Assembly (NCBI GenBank): GCA_002785215.1
Contig: PFMK01000091.1
Location: 1 to 43,281, forward strand
Length of the DNA: 43,281 bases
From: Candidatus Gottesmanbacteria bacterium CG_4_10_14_0_8_um_filter_37_24
GTDB taxonomy: Bacteria > Patescibacteriota > Microgenomatia > 2-02-FULL-39-11
Reading direction: 5' to 3'
Part shown: one piece after another, positions 29,254 to 39,186 of the stretch
Numbering within the stretch: position 1 is the first letter of the stretch
Layout of the letters: each line of letters begins with the position of its first letter
Program-made: the position numbers and the translations under genes
The notes under the pieces: model-generated
What the model was told of the DNA's origin: nothing
What the model saw: only the letters and a program-made list of their open reading frames with translations
Database searches by the model: none

Positions 29254-29598
29254 ATGAGCAGTAGAAAAGAAACTCCTAAAATTACTAAGACAAAAGATGG
29301 TAAATTGGTTTCATGGCGACATCCTGGAGGTAAATTGCTACGAGTCGGTCCTGATTCTTTAACAGATAGTGAACTTATTGCGATTCTAATAGGTAGTGGG
29401 GTTCCAGGTAAATCAGCAGAATCTATTGCTAACGAACTTTTATCTCGTTTTCAATCTTTCAGAGGACTTGCAAATCAACAATTAGAAAAGTTTAAGGAGA
29501 TAAAAGGTTTAAAAACTGTAAAAGTTGTTAGAATTGCTGCTGCATTTGAAATTGCAAAGCGAATTGTTAATCAAGTTCTTAAAGAGAGAGAGAAATGA
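29254..29598 (+). CDS. Stand-alone RadC/UPF0758 N-terminal helix-hairpin-helix protein
   Basis: GPDSLTDSELIAILIGSG, IKGLKTVK, AAFEIAKR; no JAB domain. Confidence 0.85.
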   Translation: MSSRKETPKITKTKDGKLVSWRHPGGKLLRVGPDSLTDSELIAILIGSGVPGKSAESIANELLSRFQSFRGLANQQLEKFKEIKGLKTVKVVRIAAAFEIAKRIVNQVLKEREK

Positions 29599-32500
29599 TT
29601 AGAAATCCCAATCCATTTGATACTACTATCACAAAGACAGAACGCACTGATAACCAAAAAATTGTGGAGTGGATGAACCAAATTATAAGAGAAGAAAATC
29701 TTCATTTTGGACTGGCAGAACAGGAAACAAGTGGTAGTGATAGAAAGCAACCAGACATTATCCTTTTTAAAGCTCCACAAAGTACATTAGTATCATTAGT
29801 ATTAGAACTTAAACCACCTTATTTTGACCCATTAGATTATGAAGAAGTGAAAAAACCAGCATGGGATAAAGCAAATATAAGAAAAGCTCCGTATTTTGCT
29901 ACGTCTAATTTTAAGAGTTTATATCTTTTTAACACCGAAAAAGCAAATAAGTTTGAATCAGAGGAACGACAAATAATCGATAAATATACCCTATCAAGTT
30001 TAGAAGATTTAAATTTAATAGAAGAACTAATATATAAGAACTCGATACTAAAGAGTCTTACTATCTTTTTAAAAGACCTTGATGGTTATGTACATGGCCA
30101 AAAACCGGAGAAATTACTGGCAATCGATGAGTGGTTAATTTATAGACTGCAGGAGAAAGTAAAGATACTTTCAAATTACTACCGAAGACTGATAGAAGAA
30201 AAGAGTCTAAATGATATTGAATTTAGAAAAAGACTGAGGATTTGGTTTAATAGACAAGGTTGGGGGTTTACAGCCCAAACACAAGATTTTGCTAAAGCAG
30301 CAAGGCAAACAGCTTATCTTCTGGTTAATAAGATACTTTTCTATGATGTATTACGTACATCGTTTCCCCAAAATTTCCCACAGATGCATATACCAGACGA
30401 TTTCAATAAAGGTGGAATGGTGCAAAGACATTTACAAAACTTTTTCGATGAGGTTTTAAAAATTGATTATGAAACAATTTATTCAACTGATTTTATCGAC
30501 GAAACAGCTTTTCCTGATGATGAAAATGTTATTTATCACATAAGGGAATTAGTAAAGAGTCTTAATCGTTTTAATTTTGCGAAGATAGAATTTGAAGTGT
30601 TGGGACGGATTTTTGAGAGTTTAATTCCTCAAGAAGAAAGACATGTTCTAGGTCAGTATTTTACTCACTCGGATATAGTCGACCTCATTCTTTCTTTTGC
30701 TATCAGAAATGAGAAAGATAAAATATTTGACCCTGGTTGTGGAGCAGGAACTTTTCTTCGTCGTGCTTACCATCTAAAGAAGTTAATAAATCCCAATCTT
30801 ACCCATGATGAAATCATTCCGACTCTTTGGGGAAATGATATTGCGAAATTTCCCGCACATCTTGCTACTATCAATTTAGCCATTGCTGATTTAAAGAGTA
30901 AAGATAATTATCCTCGTATTGTGCAAAAAGACTTCTTTGAATGGAGACCTGGAATTGTTGACCTTCCTGAAAGTACCAAAAAAGTGTTTTTAAAAAGTCT
31001 AGGTAAGGAGGAAAAAGAAGTAGTAGTTCCAAAGTATTTCGATGCGATTGTTGGTAACCCACCTTATACTCGACAGGAAGAAATGGATGATTTAATGGGA
31101 AGCCAAGGTCAGAAATATAAAGAGGAATTAATTGAAAAAGCAGTCAGAGATGAGAGTGGAAGGTTATATGCAAATATATCAAAACGTGCTGGTCTTCATG
31201 CATATTTCTTTGTTCATGGGACTAAGTTTTTAAAGAGTAACGGACGATTTGGGTTTATCGTTTCCAATTCATGGTTAGATGTTGATTATGGAAAAGGCCT
31301 TCAAGAACACTTTCTAAAACACTACAAATTAAAGGCGGTTATTGAATCGAAGATAGAGAGATGGTTTGAAGATGCAGAGATAAATACTTGTATTGTTTTA
31401 CTTGAAAAGTGTGAGGGTGAAAATAAAGAAAAAGCTAAAGAGCGAGAAGAAAACCTTGTTAGATTTGTTTACCTCAAAAAGTGTCTGTCAGAATTTATAC
31501 CTAAAGCATCAAGGATATTTGAAGAAACTGTTGAAAGAAAAGAATCGGTAGAAAGACTTTTACAATATATTTTTTCCAAAACTGTTTTTTTTGAAAATGA
31601 TGACCTTAGAGTTTACTGTAAACCTCAAAAGGAGTTATGGGATGAAGGCTTTGATGATGAAATGCAAGAATATACCGGTTCTAAATGGGGTAAGTATATT
31701 CGAGCACCACAGATATTTTTTACCATACTAGAAAAAGCTAAAGACCAATTGATTCCACTCAAAAAAATCGCTACAGTAAGACGGGGTATTACCACAGGTG
31801 CAAATGAATTCTTTTACTTAACTGAAGATGAGATAAAAAGGAAAAAGATAGAAAAAGAATTCTGGATGCATAAAGACGAAAGTGGCAAATGGGTACCAAA
31901 TTACATTATCAGGTCTCCAAGAGAATGTAAGAGTATTATAGTAAATCCTCAAGATTTGAAATATAGAGTTCTGTTGGTACATAAGAATAGAGATGAACTT
32001 AAAGGAACACATTTATTGAGTTACATAAAAGAAGGAGAAAGAAAAGGTTTTCATAAAAGGCCAACATGTGAAAGTAGAAAAAAATGGTGGGATTTGGGTA
32101 GAAGAAGACAAGCATTACTGAATGTTAATTATTTAATCAATGATGTAGGAAGAGCATACATTGGAAAATATTGGGCAAGTGATGATTTTCAAGAAATTCA
32201 TACGGAAAAGAAAATAGAGGTATTTCTTAACTCTTCTATTTTTTGGCTCTTTCAGAATATCGAAGGTAGGACATCTTTTGGGGGCGGTTTACTAAAAATT
32301 CAGACGTATGAGTTTAAAAATTTACTTGTGGTTATACCTAATGATAAAGCAATAGAGTTATTTAAGAAACTGAGTACGAGACAAATTAATTCAGTATTTG
32401 AAGAGATAGGTGCCAATACAAGTGATGAGGTATCTATGTCTAAAATAAAACCTGATAGACATATTCTTGATAGTGTAATTATGGGAAATATACTGGGATT

Positions 32501-33035
32501 GACAGAGTTAGAGCAAATCGAGGTATATAAATCGGTGATAGACTTAGTAAGAAGTCGACTAGAGAGAGCAAAAAGTGTTAAGAAAAAAAATAAGACCAAA
32601 GAGGGAATAGACATTTCATTACTTGTTAAAACAATAATAGATAAAATTGGAGAGAATAGACTTGGAGAATTTTATAGGAAACATATTTTGAGTAGAAAAG
32701 ATTTGAAAAAGATAATTTTACCTGAGCTTACAGAGTCCCCCACAATCAGTCAAACTTTAATGGATTTCAGACTTATAAGCGGACGTAAGTCTATTGACTG
32801 TAATACTGAAGAAGAAGCAAAGTATTGCAAAGTATTTTTAGAGGCTGGTTGGAGTGAGGTAAAAGTCCCAAAAGATGCAGAATATTTAGGAAATATCTTA
32901 CTTCAATTAGAAAAAATCGGCAGAGAAGTAAAAGAGGCAATCACTTATTATACCGAAGGTGTTTTAGATACAAAAATCCAGAATCAAGTTGAACATATAG
33001 TATGGCAGGAGGTTTCAAGTTTAGAAACAAATTAA
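29595..33035 (+). CDS. Type IIG-like fused restriction endonuclease / N6-adenine methyltransferase
   Basis: PDIIL...LELK nuclease motif, GQYFT, FDPGCGAGTF, GNPPY, TRD-like C-terminus. Confidence 0.9.
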   Translation: MIRNPNPFDTTITKTERTDNQKIVEWMNQIIREENLHFGLAEQETSGSDRKQPDIILFKAPQSTLVSLVLELKPPYFDPLDYEEVKKPAWDKANIRKAPYFATSNFKSLYLFNTEKANKFESEERQIIDKYTLSSLEDLNLIEELIYKNSILKSLTIFLKDLDGYVHGQKPEKLLAIDEWLIYRLQEKVKILSNYYRRLIEEKSLNDIEFRKRLRIWFNRQGWGFTAQTQDFAKAARQTAYLLVNKILFYDVLRTSFPQNFPQMHIPDDFNKGGMVQRHLQNFFDEVLKIDYETIYSTDFIDETAFPDDENVIYHIRELVKSLNRFNFAKIEFEVLGRIFESLIPQEERHVLGQYFTHSDIVDLILSFAIRNEKDKIFDPGCGAGTFLRRAYHLKKLINPNLTHDEIIPTLWGNDIAKFPAHLATINLAIADLKSKDNYPRIVQKDFFEWRPGIVDLPESTKKVFLKSLGKEEKEVVVPKYFDAIVGNPPYTRQEEMDDLMGSQGQKYKEELIEKAVRDESGRLYANISKRAGLHAYFFVHGTKFLKSNGRFGFIVSNSWLDVDYGKGLQEHFLKHYKLKAVIESKIERWFEDAEINTCIVLLEKCEGENKEKAKEREENLVRFVYLKKCLSEFIPKASRIFEETVERKESVERLLQYIFSKTVFFENDDLRVYCKPQKELWDEGFDDEMQEYTGSKWGKYIRAPQIFFTILEKAKDQLIPLKKIATVRRGITTGANEFFYLTEDEIKRKKIEKEFWMHKDESGKWVPNYIIRSPRECKSIIVNPQDLKYRVLLVHKNRDELKGTHLLSYIKEGERKGFHKRPTCESRKKWWDLGRRRQALLNVNYLINDVGRAYIGKYWASDDFQEIHTEKKIEVFLNSSIFWLFQNIEGRTSFGGGLLKIQTYEFKNLLVVIPNDKAIELFKKLSTRQINSVFEEIGANTSDEVSMSKIKPDRHILDSVIMGNILGLTELEQIEVYKSVIDLVRSRLERAKSVKKKNKTKEGIDISLLVKTIIDKIGENRLGEFYRKHILSRKDLKKIILPELTESPTISQTLMDFRLISGRKSIDCNTEEEAKYCKVFLEAGWSEVKVPKDAEYLGNILLQLEKIGREVKEAITYYTEGVLDTKIQNQVEHIVWQEVSSLETN

Positions 33036-33082
33036 AAGTATTATTTTTATGAAAATAAATATTAAAAATTCATTTTACATTT

Positions 33083-35104
33083 ATGCTAGGTAAGAATATT
33101 AACGGATATAAAGTTGAGGAATTTTTAGGTAAGGGAGGATTTGGTGAAGTTTATAAAGCTACAAAGAATGGTTCTCAATATGCTATCAAGTTTATTCGCG
33201 AAGATTTTATATACAAGGATTATCAAAAAGAGTTATTACGGAGAGAAATAGCAGCACTTAGAAAAGTAAAAAGCAAATATACTGTAACTTTCTTCGAGGA
33301 TGGTACACATACAGAAGGTTATACTACTTATCGATATATTGTAATGGAGTTAGTAGAAGGACTTACTCTTAGAGAAATATTAGATAAGTATCCTAAACCA
33401 TGGCCACAAGATAAAGCCATCAAACTTATAACCTATGTACTTATGGGTTTATCAGATATTCATAAAAAAGATATTATCCACCGCGATTTGAAGCCAGAAA
33501 ATATAAAGATAACTCCAAATAAAGAAGTAAAAATATTAGATTATGGTTTATCAAAAATTATTGATTATTCCTCAATTACGCAAACAGGTGTACCAGTTGG
33601 CTCTTTTTTCTATATGTCTCCAGAGCAAGTGAAAGGAGAGAAGCCATTAAAATGTGGAAGCGACTTTTATGCTATAGGAGTTGTGCTTTATGAGCTACTT
33701 ACCGGTCAAATACTGTTTTATCCCTCCACAAATGCTGAAATAATACATAAAACTATTAATGTTAAACCACCATATCCAACTTCTCTAAACCCTAAAATAT
33801 CCAACAATATTGAGAATGTCATCCTTAAGTTATTAGAAAAGGAAGTATACCAAAGGTATAGGACTATTGATGAGATTATCGAGGCATTAAACCAAAAGCC
33901 TATTACAGCTGTATCTGTTGCAACAGATAGAATAAAATTCTATCCGCGGGTAATTCAAAATGACACAAATATATTACAAGACTTTCTTAAGAATAATGAA
34001 ATAGATGGTGCCGATTTCCCAATAAATCTACATGCTCAATATAAAACTTTAAGTGCACTTTTACGCAGAAAAGCTAGTAAAATTGATTTCTTTTCAGACC
34101 CAAGTACTAATAGAATGGTTTATACAAATTTCAGAAAAACAAAAGGTCTGAGAGAATTACCTTATGCTCCTTCCGGGTATGACCCACTTACGACAGACGA
34201 TTTTAACAGTCAAATATCTATACAAAACTATGCTCAGAAAGTTATTGAATTACAGATTGCAAATGGTTGCAGTATTCTGACTGCTCCATTTTTCTATTTT
34301 GATAATACCAGTGATGAATGGTTTGTAGTCAATCTAAAACTATTAAGGGAAAGCGTTGATTATGTCAGAAAAAAGTATCCGCAATATAAAGTATCTGGTG
34401 CTATCTGCACTCAAGCAGAAATACTATGTAGACCTAAAGAACGTAAGACAATAATTGAAGATTTTGGTAATTGTGCAATGGATTTTTGCCAATTTTATAT
34501 CGATAAAATTTCTGAGACTATAGTAGATGCACAACTTTATAATTTTATTTCTACAGCTTTAGGTATCAAAAACTATAACAAAGCCAGGATTGTTAGTTGT
34601 AGAGTACCAGTAGTCGCATTGGGATTATTGACGATTGGATTTGATGCTATTACTTCTGGTTTAGGTGTTTTAGACTCTTTTAATAAAGGCGTGATAATTA
34701 AAGAAGAAGATATTACAGTGATGCCAACGAAGTACTATTTTCCAGATTTACTTATATCAGTAACTTATAGCTCAAAAACTAGGATGTATCAGGATATTAT
34801 AGCCCAAGAGTCAGATTTAAAAAAACAGCTACCTCAACTAAATATTAAATTAAAGTGTGATTGTTCTGGATGCATGCATACTTCAATGTCGGATACATAT
34901 CAAAAACCCCGATTGCACTTTTTACATGCTATAAAGAAAGATATTGATGAAATAAACTCAATAAGTTCAGCACAAAGAAAGAGTTATTTTATAGAGAGAA
35001 TTGATAAGGCGTATGATTTACAACAGAAGCTCATTGGGAGAGGTATACGATTACAATCTCCAACTTTTTTAAAGACTTGGAAAGAGATTTTAATGAAATT
35101 TTAG
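33083..35104 (+). CDS. Hanks-type Ser/Thr kinase fused to a TGT/Beta-like alpha/beta domain with CxCxxC...H
   Basis: GKGGFGEV, AIK, HRDLKPEN, DYG, YMSPEQ, DFYAIG in aa 1-270; C-terminal FSDP, GFDAITSG, CDCSGC...HFLH. Confidence 0.85.
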   Translation: MLGKNINGYKVEEFLGKGGFGEVYKATKNGSQYAIKFIREDFIYKDYQKELLRREIAALRKVKSKYTVTFFEDGTHTEGYTTYRYIVMELVEGLTLREILDKYPKPWPQDKAIKLITYVLMGLSDIHKKDIIHRDLKPENIKITPNKEVKILDYGLSKIIDYSSITQTGVPVGSFFYMSPEQVKGEKPLKCGSDFYAIGVVLYELLTGQILFYPSTNAEIIHKTINVKPPYPTSLNPKISNNIENVILKLLEKEVYQRYRTIDEIIEALNQKPITAVSVATDRIKFYPRVIQNDTNILQDFLKNNEIDGADFPINLHAQYKTLSALLRRKASKIDFFSDPSTNRMVYTNFRKTKGLRELPYAPSGYDPLTTDDFNSQISIQNYAQKVIELQIANGCSILTAPFFYFDNTSDEWFVVNLKLLRESVDYVRKKYPQYKVSGAICTQAEILCRPKERKTIIEDFGNCAMDFCQFYIDKISETIVDAQLYNFISTALGIKNYNKARIVSCRVPVVALGLLTIGFDAITSGLGVLDSFNKGVIIKEEDITVMPTKYYFPDLLISVTYSSKTRMYQDIIAQESDLKKQLPQLNIKLKCDCSGCMHTSMSDTYQKPRLHFLHAIKKDIDEINSISSAQRKSYFIERIDKAYDLQQKLIGRGIRLQSPTFLKTWKEILMKF

Positions 35105-35761
35105 TGAAATAACCTGGTGAAGAAACAGTTCTTTAGCAAATAATCCCATCGATTCCTCGTAAAAAGAAAGGAATGAGTTTTGAGAAGGTTTCCGTTTGAA
35201 GTAAATCTCTCCATTCTTTTGATTAAATAAAATTAAGCCTATATCATGTCTATCAAGATAAGAATAGTCGATATTTGTTTCGTAGTTAGATAAGATTGCT
35301 AGATAACATTCATCGGTGTAACTTTTATATCTTCTTGCCTGCAGAACCCCTTGTTTCCAATCCTTTATTTTAGCCTCAATTGCTATAAGTTTCTTAATAG
35401 GATTTAAAATAGTATTTACTTTTTTAAAGTATTTTCTTCCGTCTTTAACAATATAATCACCAACTGCTAACAACTGAATAATCTCTCTACTAATATATTT
35501 GCTTGTGCCAGAGATTCTTATAACATCTTCTACTGTAAAAAGCGTGTCATTTGGTAATGAAAGAAAACTTTTTAGAGCGTAATAATTATTTATAGGTTTT
35601 CTATTTATAGAATTATTATTTGTAAAGAAGTCTTTTGCGAAGGCTAAATCTGCTATCCCATAACCTGCGGAGAATTCTTGAATAGCAATATCGGTATGGA
35701 AGGTTTTTTTTAATCCTTTGGCTAATTCAGCTACCAACTGATTTTCTGTCTGGATTTGCAT
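35090..35761 (-). CDS. PD-(D/E)xK nuclease-like protein with inserted winged helix (MmcB/sce7726-like)
   Basis: EF-x-GYGIADL, HTH-like insert, AIEAK, QARRY. Confidence 0.75.
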   Translation of the reverse strand: MQIQTENQLVAELAKGLKKTFHTDIAIQEFSAGYGIADLAFAKDFFTNNNSINRKPINNYYALKSFLSLPNDTLFTVEDVIRISGTSKYISREIIQLLAVGDYIVKDGRKYFKKVNTILNPIKKLIAIEAKIKDWKQGVLQARRYKSYTDECYLAILSNYETNIDYSYLDRHDIGLILFNQKNGEIYFKRKPSQNSFLSFYEESMGLFAKELFLHQVISLKFH

Positions 35762-36015
35762 TTCTGTATTTAGAATAGCACAAATAACTTTTTTTTACTC
35801 TAGCATCAATTTAACAGCTAAATGTATCTATTTTCATTAAAACGAGATAATGATTCGGAAAGAAAAGTGTACATGAAAATTACTTTAAAGGTATTGCATT
35901 TATCAGTATACAGGAAATCAGACTGGTATTAGTAGCATATTATTTGTGAAAGATGGTACGAAGAAGTATAATTCTTAGCATACAGTAATAGATGATTAGG
36001 ATAAGATAATTTATT

Positions 36016-38425
36016 ATGGATATACAGAAAATAAAAATCAAAGGTGATTACAAACTGGCAGATATTGTCCATGATATTGAAAAGGGGATATTGCGGATTC
36101 CACAGTTTCAAAGAGAGTTTGTGTGGGATAAGCCAAGAGTGATTAAACTTCTAGAGAGTATATATCTTGAGTATCCAATTGGCTCTTTTTTCTTCTGGGA
36201 TGCACCAAGAAAATACTATGACTTTTATCGGGATATTGCCGAGTTGGGACTTCCTAAGCCTGATAAATACGAAAAGATTGTTTTTATTCTTGACGGCCAA
36301 CAACGGCTTACTTCCCTTTATGTAACAGTTAAAGGATTAACTCTATATGGCAGGGATTATAAAAAGATTTGTTTTGATTTAGACGAGAAAGTTTTTGTTG
36401 ACAGAACTCCAGACAATCAGCGGTATGTTTCCATCTGTGATTTGCTTTCCAACGAAAGATATGATGTTTATGAAGGTTTGACTGTTGAGCATAAAAAAGC
36501 GTTTAATGAGTGTTTTCAAAGGTTTAACAATTATCCTTTTTCGGCCATTGACGTTCGGGATAAAGAATTGGATGAGGTATGCGATATTTTTGAACGGATT
36601 AACCAAGGCGGGCAAAAACTTAATTTGTTTGACCTTATATCCGCCAGCACCTGGACACCCGAATTTGATTTACGGCTAGCGGTCAAAGGAGAAAACGAGA
36701 AGTTAAAAACAAAGGGATTCGGAGAAATTGACAACGAAGTCTACCTTCAGGCACTTTCTCTTATTGCCAAGGGTTCATGCACCAGACCTGTTCAGTTACA
36801 GTTGAAAGCCGAAGATGTCGGTAAGTTTTGGCAGAATACTATCGAATCCATCGCCCTGGCGATTGATTATTTGAGAAACAATTTAGGCGTTGTTAATTCT
36901 ATCTTTATTCCTTACCGCAGTATGATTGCCTTGGTTGCCTATCTGTTTTTCAAAAGTGGTAGGAAGCTTAAACCACGAACAATCAGAACTTCTAGCTCAA
37001 TGGTTCTGGCAGACCACATTCTCTGAAAGATATGGAGCATCAATTTTGACTCTTATGACGGAAGACAGAAGAATTATGGATAAAATCGCTGAAGAGAGAG
37101 ATGTTACTATACGCTATCCCAATGATATAAATATAGAATCATTGATGGATATAAGGATGTATAGGAAGTCCGCTATCAAAAATGGAGTGTTATGTCTTCT
37201 TACTAGACGAAACCCTCTTCATTTTAAAAACAACACACAGCTACCTTTGAGAGACGTCTACTACTCAGATTTCAATAACGCTGAAAGACACCATATCTTC
37301 CCAAAATCTATTGTACAGAAAGCCTACCCCGCTATAAAAGTCCATTCACTGCCTAATTTCTGTTTTATACCAGCAGAACTCAATAAAGAAATTTCAAACA
37401 AAAAGCCAAGTAAATACTTTGCAGAGTTTGCCTCTGAAAATCCAGATTTTGAAGATACGCTCAAGACACACCTTATCAAATACGATGAATCTATTAAGAC
37501 CGATGATTTTATTTCCTTTCTCTCTTCAAGAGCAGCAGCTATGCTTGAGGAAATAACAAGAGCTACAGGTTCAAAAATAAGTAGAGTATCAGCTGATGAC
37601 GCTAATAAGGCGATAGACAAGGTAGAGAAATCCTTAAGGAATTTGTTGGATAAGAAGTTATCAGTAAAGAATGTAAATTACTGGAAAGGTCCTATTCCGG
37701 GCGATATTGTAGACGTAGTAAAAGGAAGATTGGACGATTATTTGAAGAAAGACCCTTCAAAAACAGTTAACGATTTTACCCCAAGAGATTTACTCGATTT
37801 CTGTGACATCATGGATTACTACAAAATAATCATCTGCAACTGGGACATATTCCAATCTCTTTTTAGGTCGAAAGTAGAAACTGAAAAAAGGTTTATCAAC
37901 CTCAAAGAATATCGCAACACTGTAAAACATAACAGAGGAGAAATCGTACCTTTTATAAAGAAAGAGGGAGAAGCGGCATTAGAGTGGTTATCGATTATCT
38001 TGGAGGAAAAAAGTAAAAAGAAGGAAGAAAAGTCTATAGCCCAAGATGATATTGGTATCGTATCTCACAAGATAAATAGCAAAGAAGAAATAGACACGAT
38101 TGTCTGCCCGGCAAAAGAAGATGGTTTTAAAGCGACCTTTTTAGGTGAGAAACAATGGTATTCAATAAGAATATCTTCATCAGTCATACCAAGACTTAAA
38201 TACTTGGCAATTTATGAAGTTTCACCAGTTAGCGCTATACGTTGGGCAGGTAAAGTACTGAAAGTTGAACTATTTGAGAATGGACCTAAATATAGAGTCT
38301 ATCTTTCAGAAATATTCAAAGTAGGACCTATTGAAAAAGATAGCCCAAAATTTGTTCCTCAGGGTTCTCGATATACGAAGTTTGATTTGCTCTCCAAAGC
38401 TAAAAAACTCTCTGATATTTTTTAG
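36016..38425 (+). pseudogene. GmrSD-like DUF262 + HNH-like + Swt1-like HEPN + putative reader domain; frameshift near 36960
   Basis: FQREFVW, LDGQQRLT, FERIN; second frame ERHHIFP...N...N, RNTVKH, DTIVCPAKEDGF...WYSIRI. Confidence 0.82.
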
Positions 38426-38438
38426 AAACGATTATTCT

Positions 38439-38591
38439 ATGAAGATAAACAAAGAGTGGCATCTGAAAAATAGGATGCCTAAAAATCCCTCACTTGAAGA
38501 ACGAATAAAGTGGCATATAGAACACGTCAAGAATTGTGCTTGCAGACCTATACCGAAGAGACTGCAGACAGAAATTGAAAAGAGTATATAA
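38439..38591 (+). CDS. Small His/Cys protein (50 aa)
   Basis: MKINKEWHLKNRMPKNPSLEERIKWHIEHVKNCACRPIP; operon spacing. Confidence 0.7.
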   Translation: MKINKEWHLKNRMPKNPSLEERIKWHIEHVKNCACRPIPKRLQTEIEKSI

Positions 38592-38626
38592 AGACAATAA
38601 TACTTCAGTCCTTATAATATGACATT

Positions 38627-39184
38627 ATGTTTATAAAAGATTTATTATCTGAATTTATTTCAAAAATATCCAGTGGAGAATTGGAAATATACAATGAGGC
38701 AAGTATTCAATATGAGCTTGCTATCTTTCTCAGACAAAGACTTCCTAATTACAAAGTGCAACTTGAGAGAAGCATTAGATATTTTGGACTAAAGAAGCAG
38801 GGGTTTGAAAAGAGAGAAATTGACATTGTCATCTACGATACTGCTTTGCAGGATAAACATGCTATTGAGTTAAAATATCCGACAAATGGTCAATATCCTG
38901 AGCAGATGTTTAGTTTCTGTAAAGACATACGATTCTTAGAGCAATTAGCAGAGAACGGCTTTCATGAGAACTTATTTATCGTATTTGCAGATGACGCAAA
39001 CTTTTGGACAGGAAAATCCGCAGAAGACTCAATATACAGATTTTTTAGGGGTGGAATAGAGCTTCAAGGAACAATTACAAAACCCACAGGGAAAAAGAGC
39101 CATGAAATAGAACTCAGAAGAAACTATACTGTAAAATGGGAAAATATGAATGAAAAATTAAAATACTGGATTGCCGAAATATAA
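38627..39184 (+). CDS. PD-(D/E)xK restriction-endonuclease-fold protein
   Basis: YNEASIQYEL, QLER, EIDIV, AIELK, KDIRFLE. Confidence 0.7.
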   Translation: MFIKDLLSEFISKISSGELEIYNEASIQYELAIFLRQRLPNYKVQLERSIRYFGLKKQGFEKREIDIVIYDTALQDKHAIELKYPTNGQYPEQMFSFCKDIRFLEQLAENGFHENLFIVFADDANFWTGKSAEDSIYRFFRGGIELQGTITKPTGKKSHEIELRRNYTVKWENMNEKLKYWIAEI

Positions 39185-39186
39185 TC

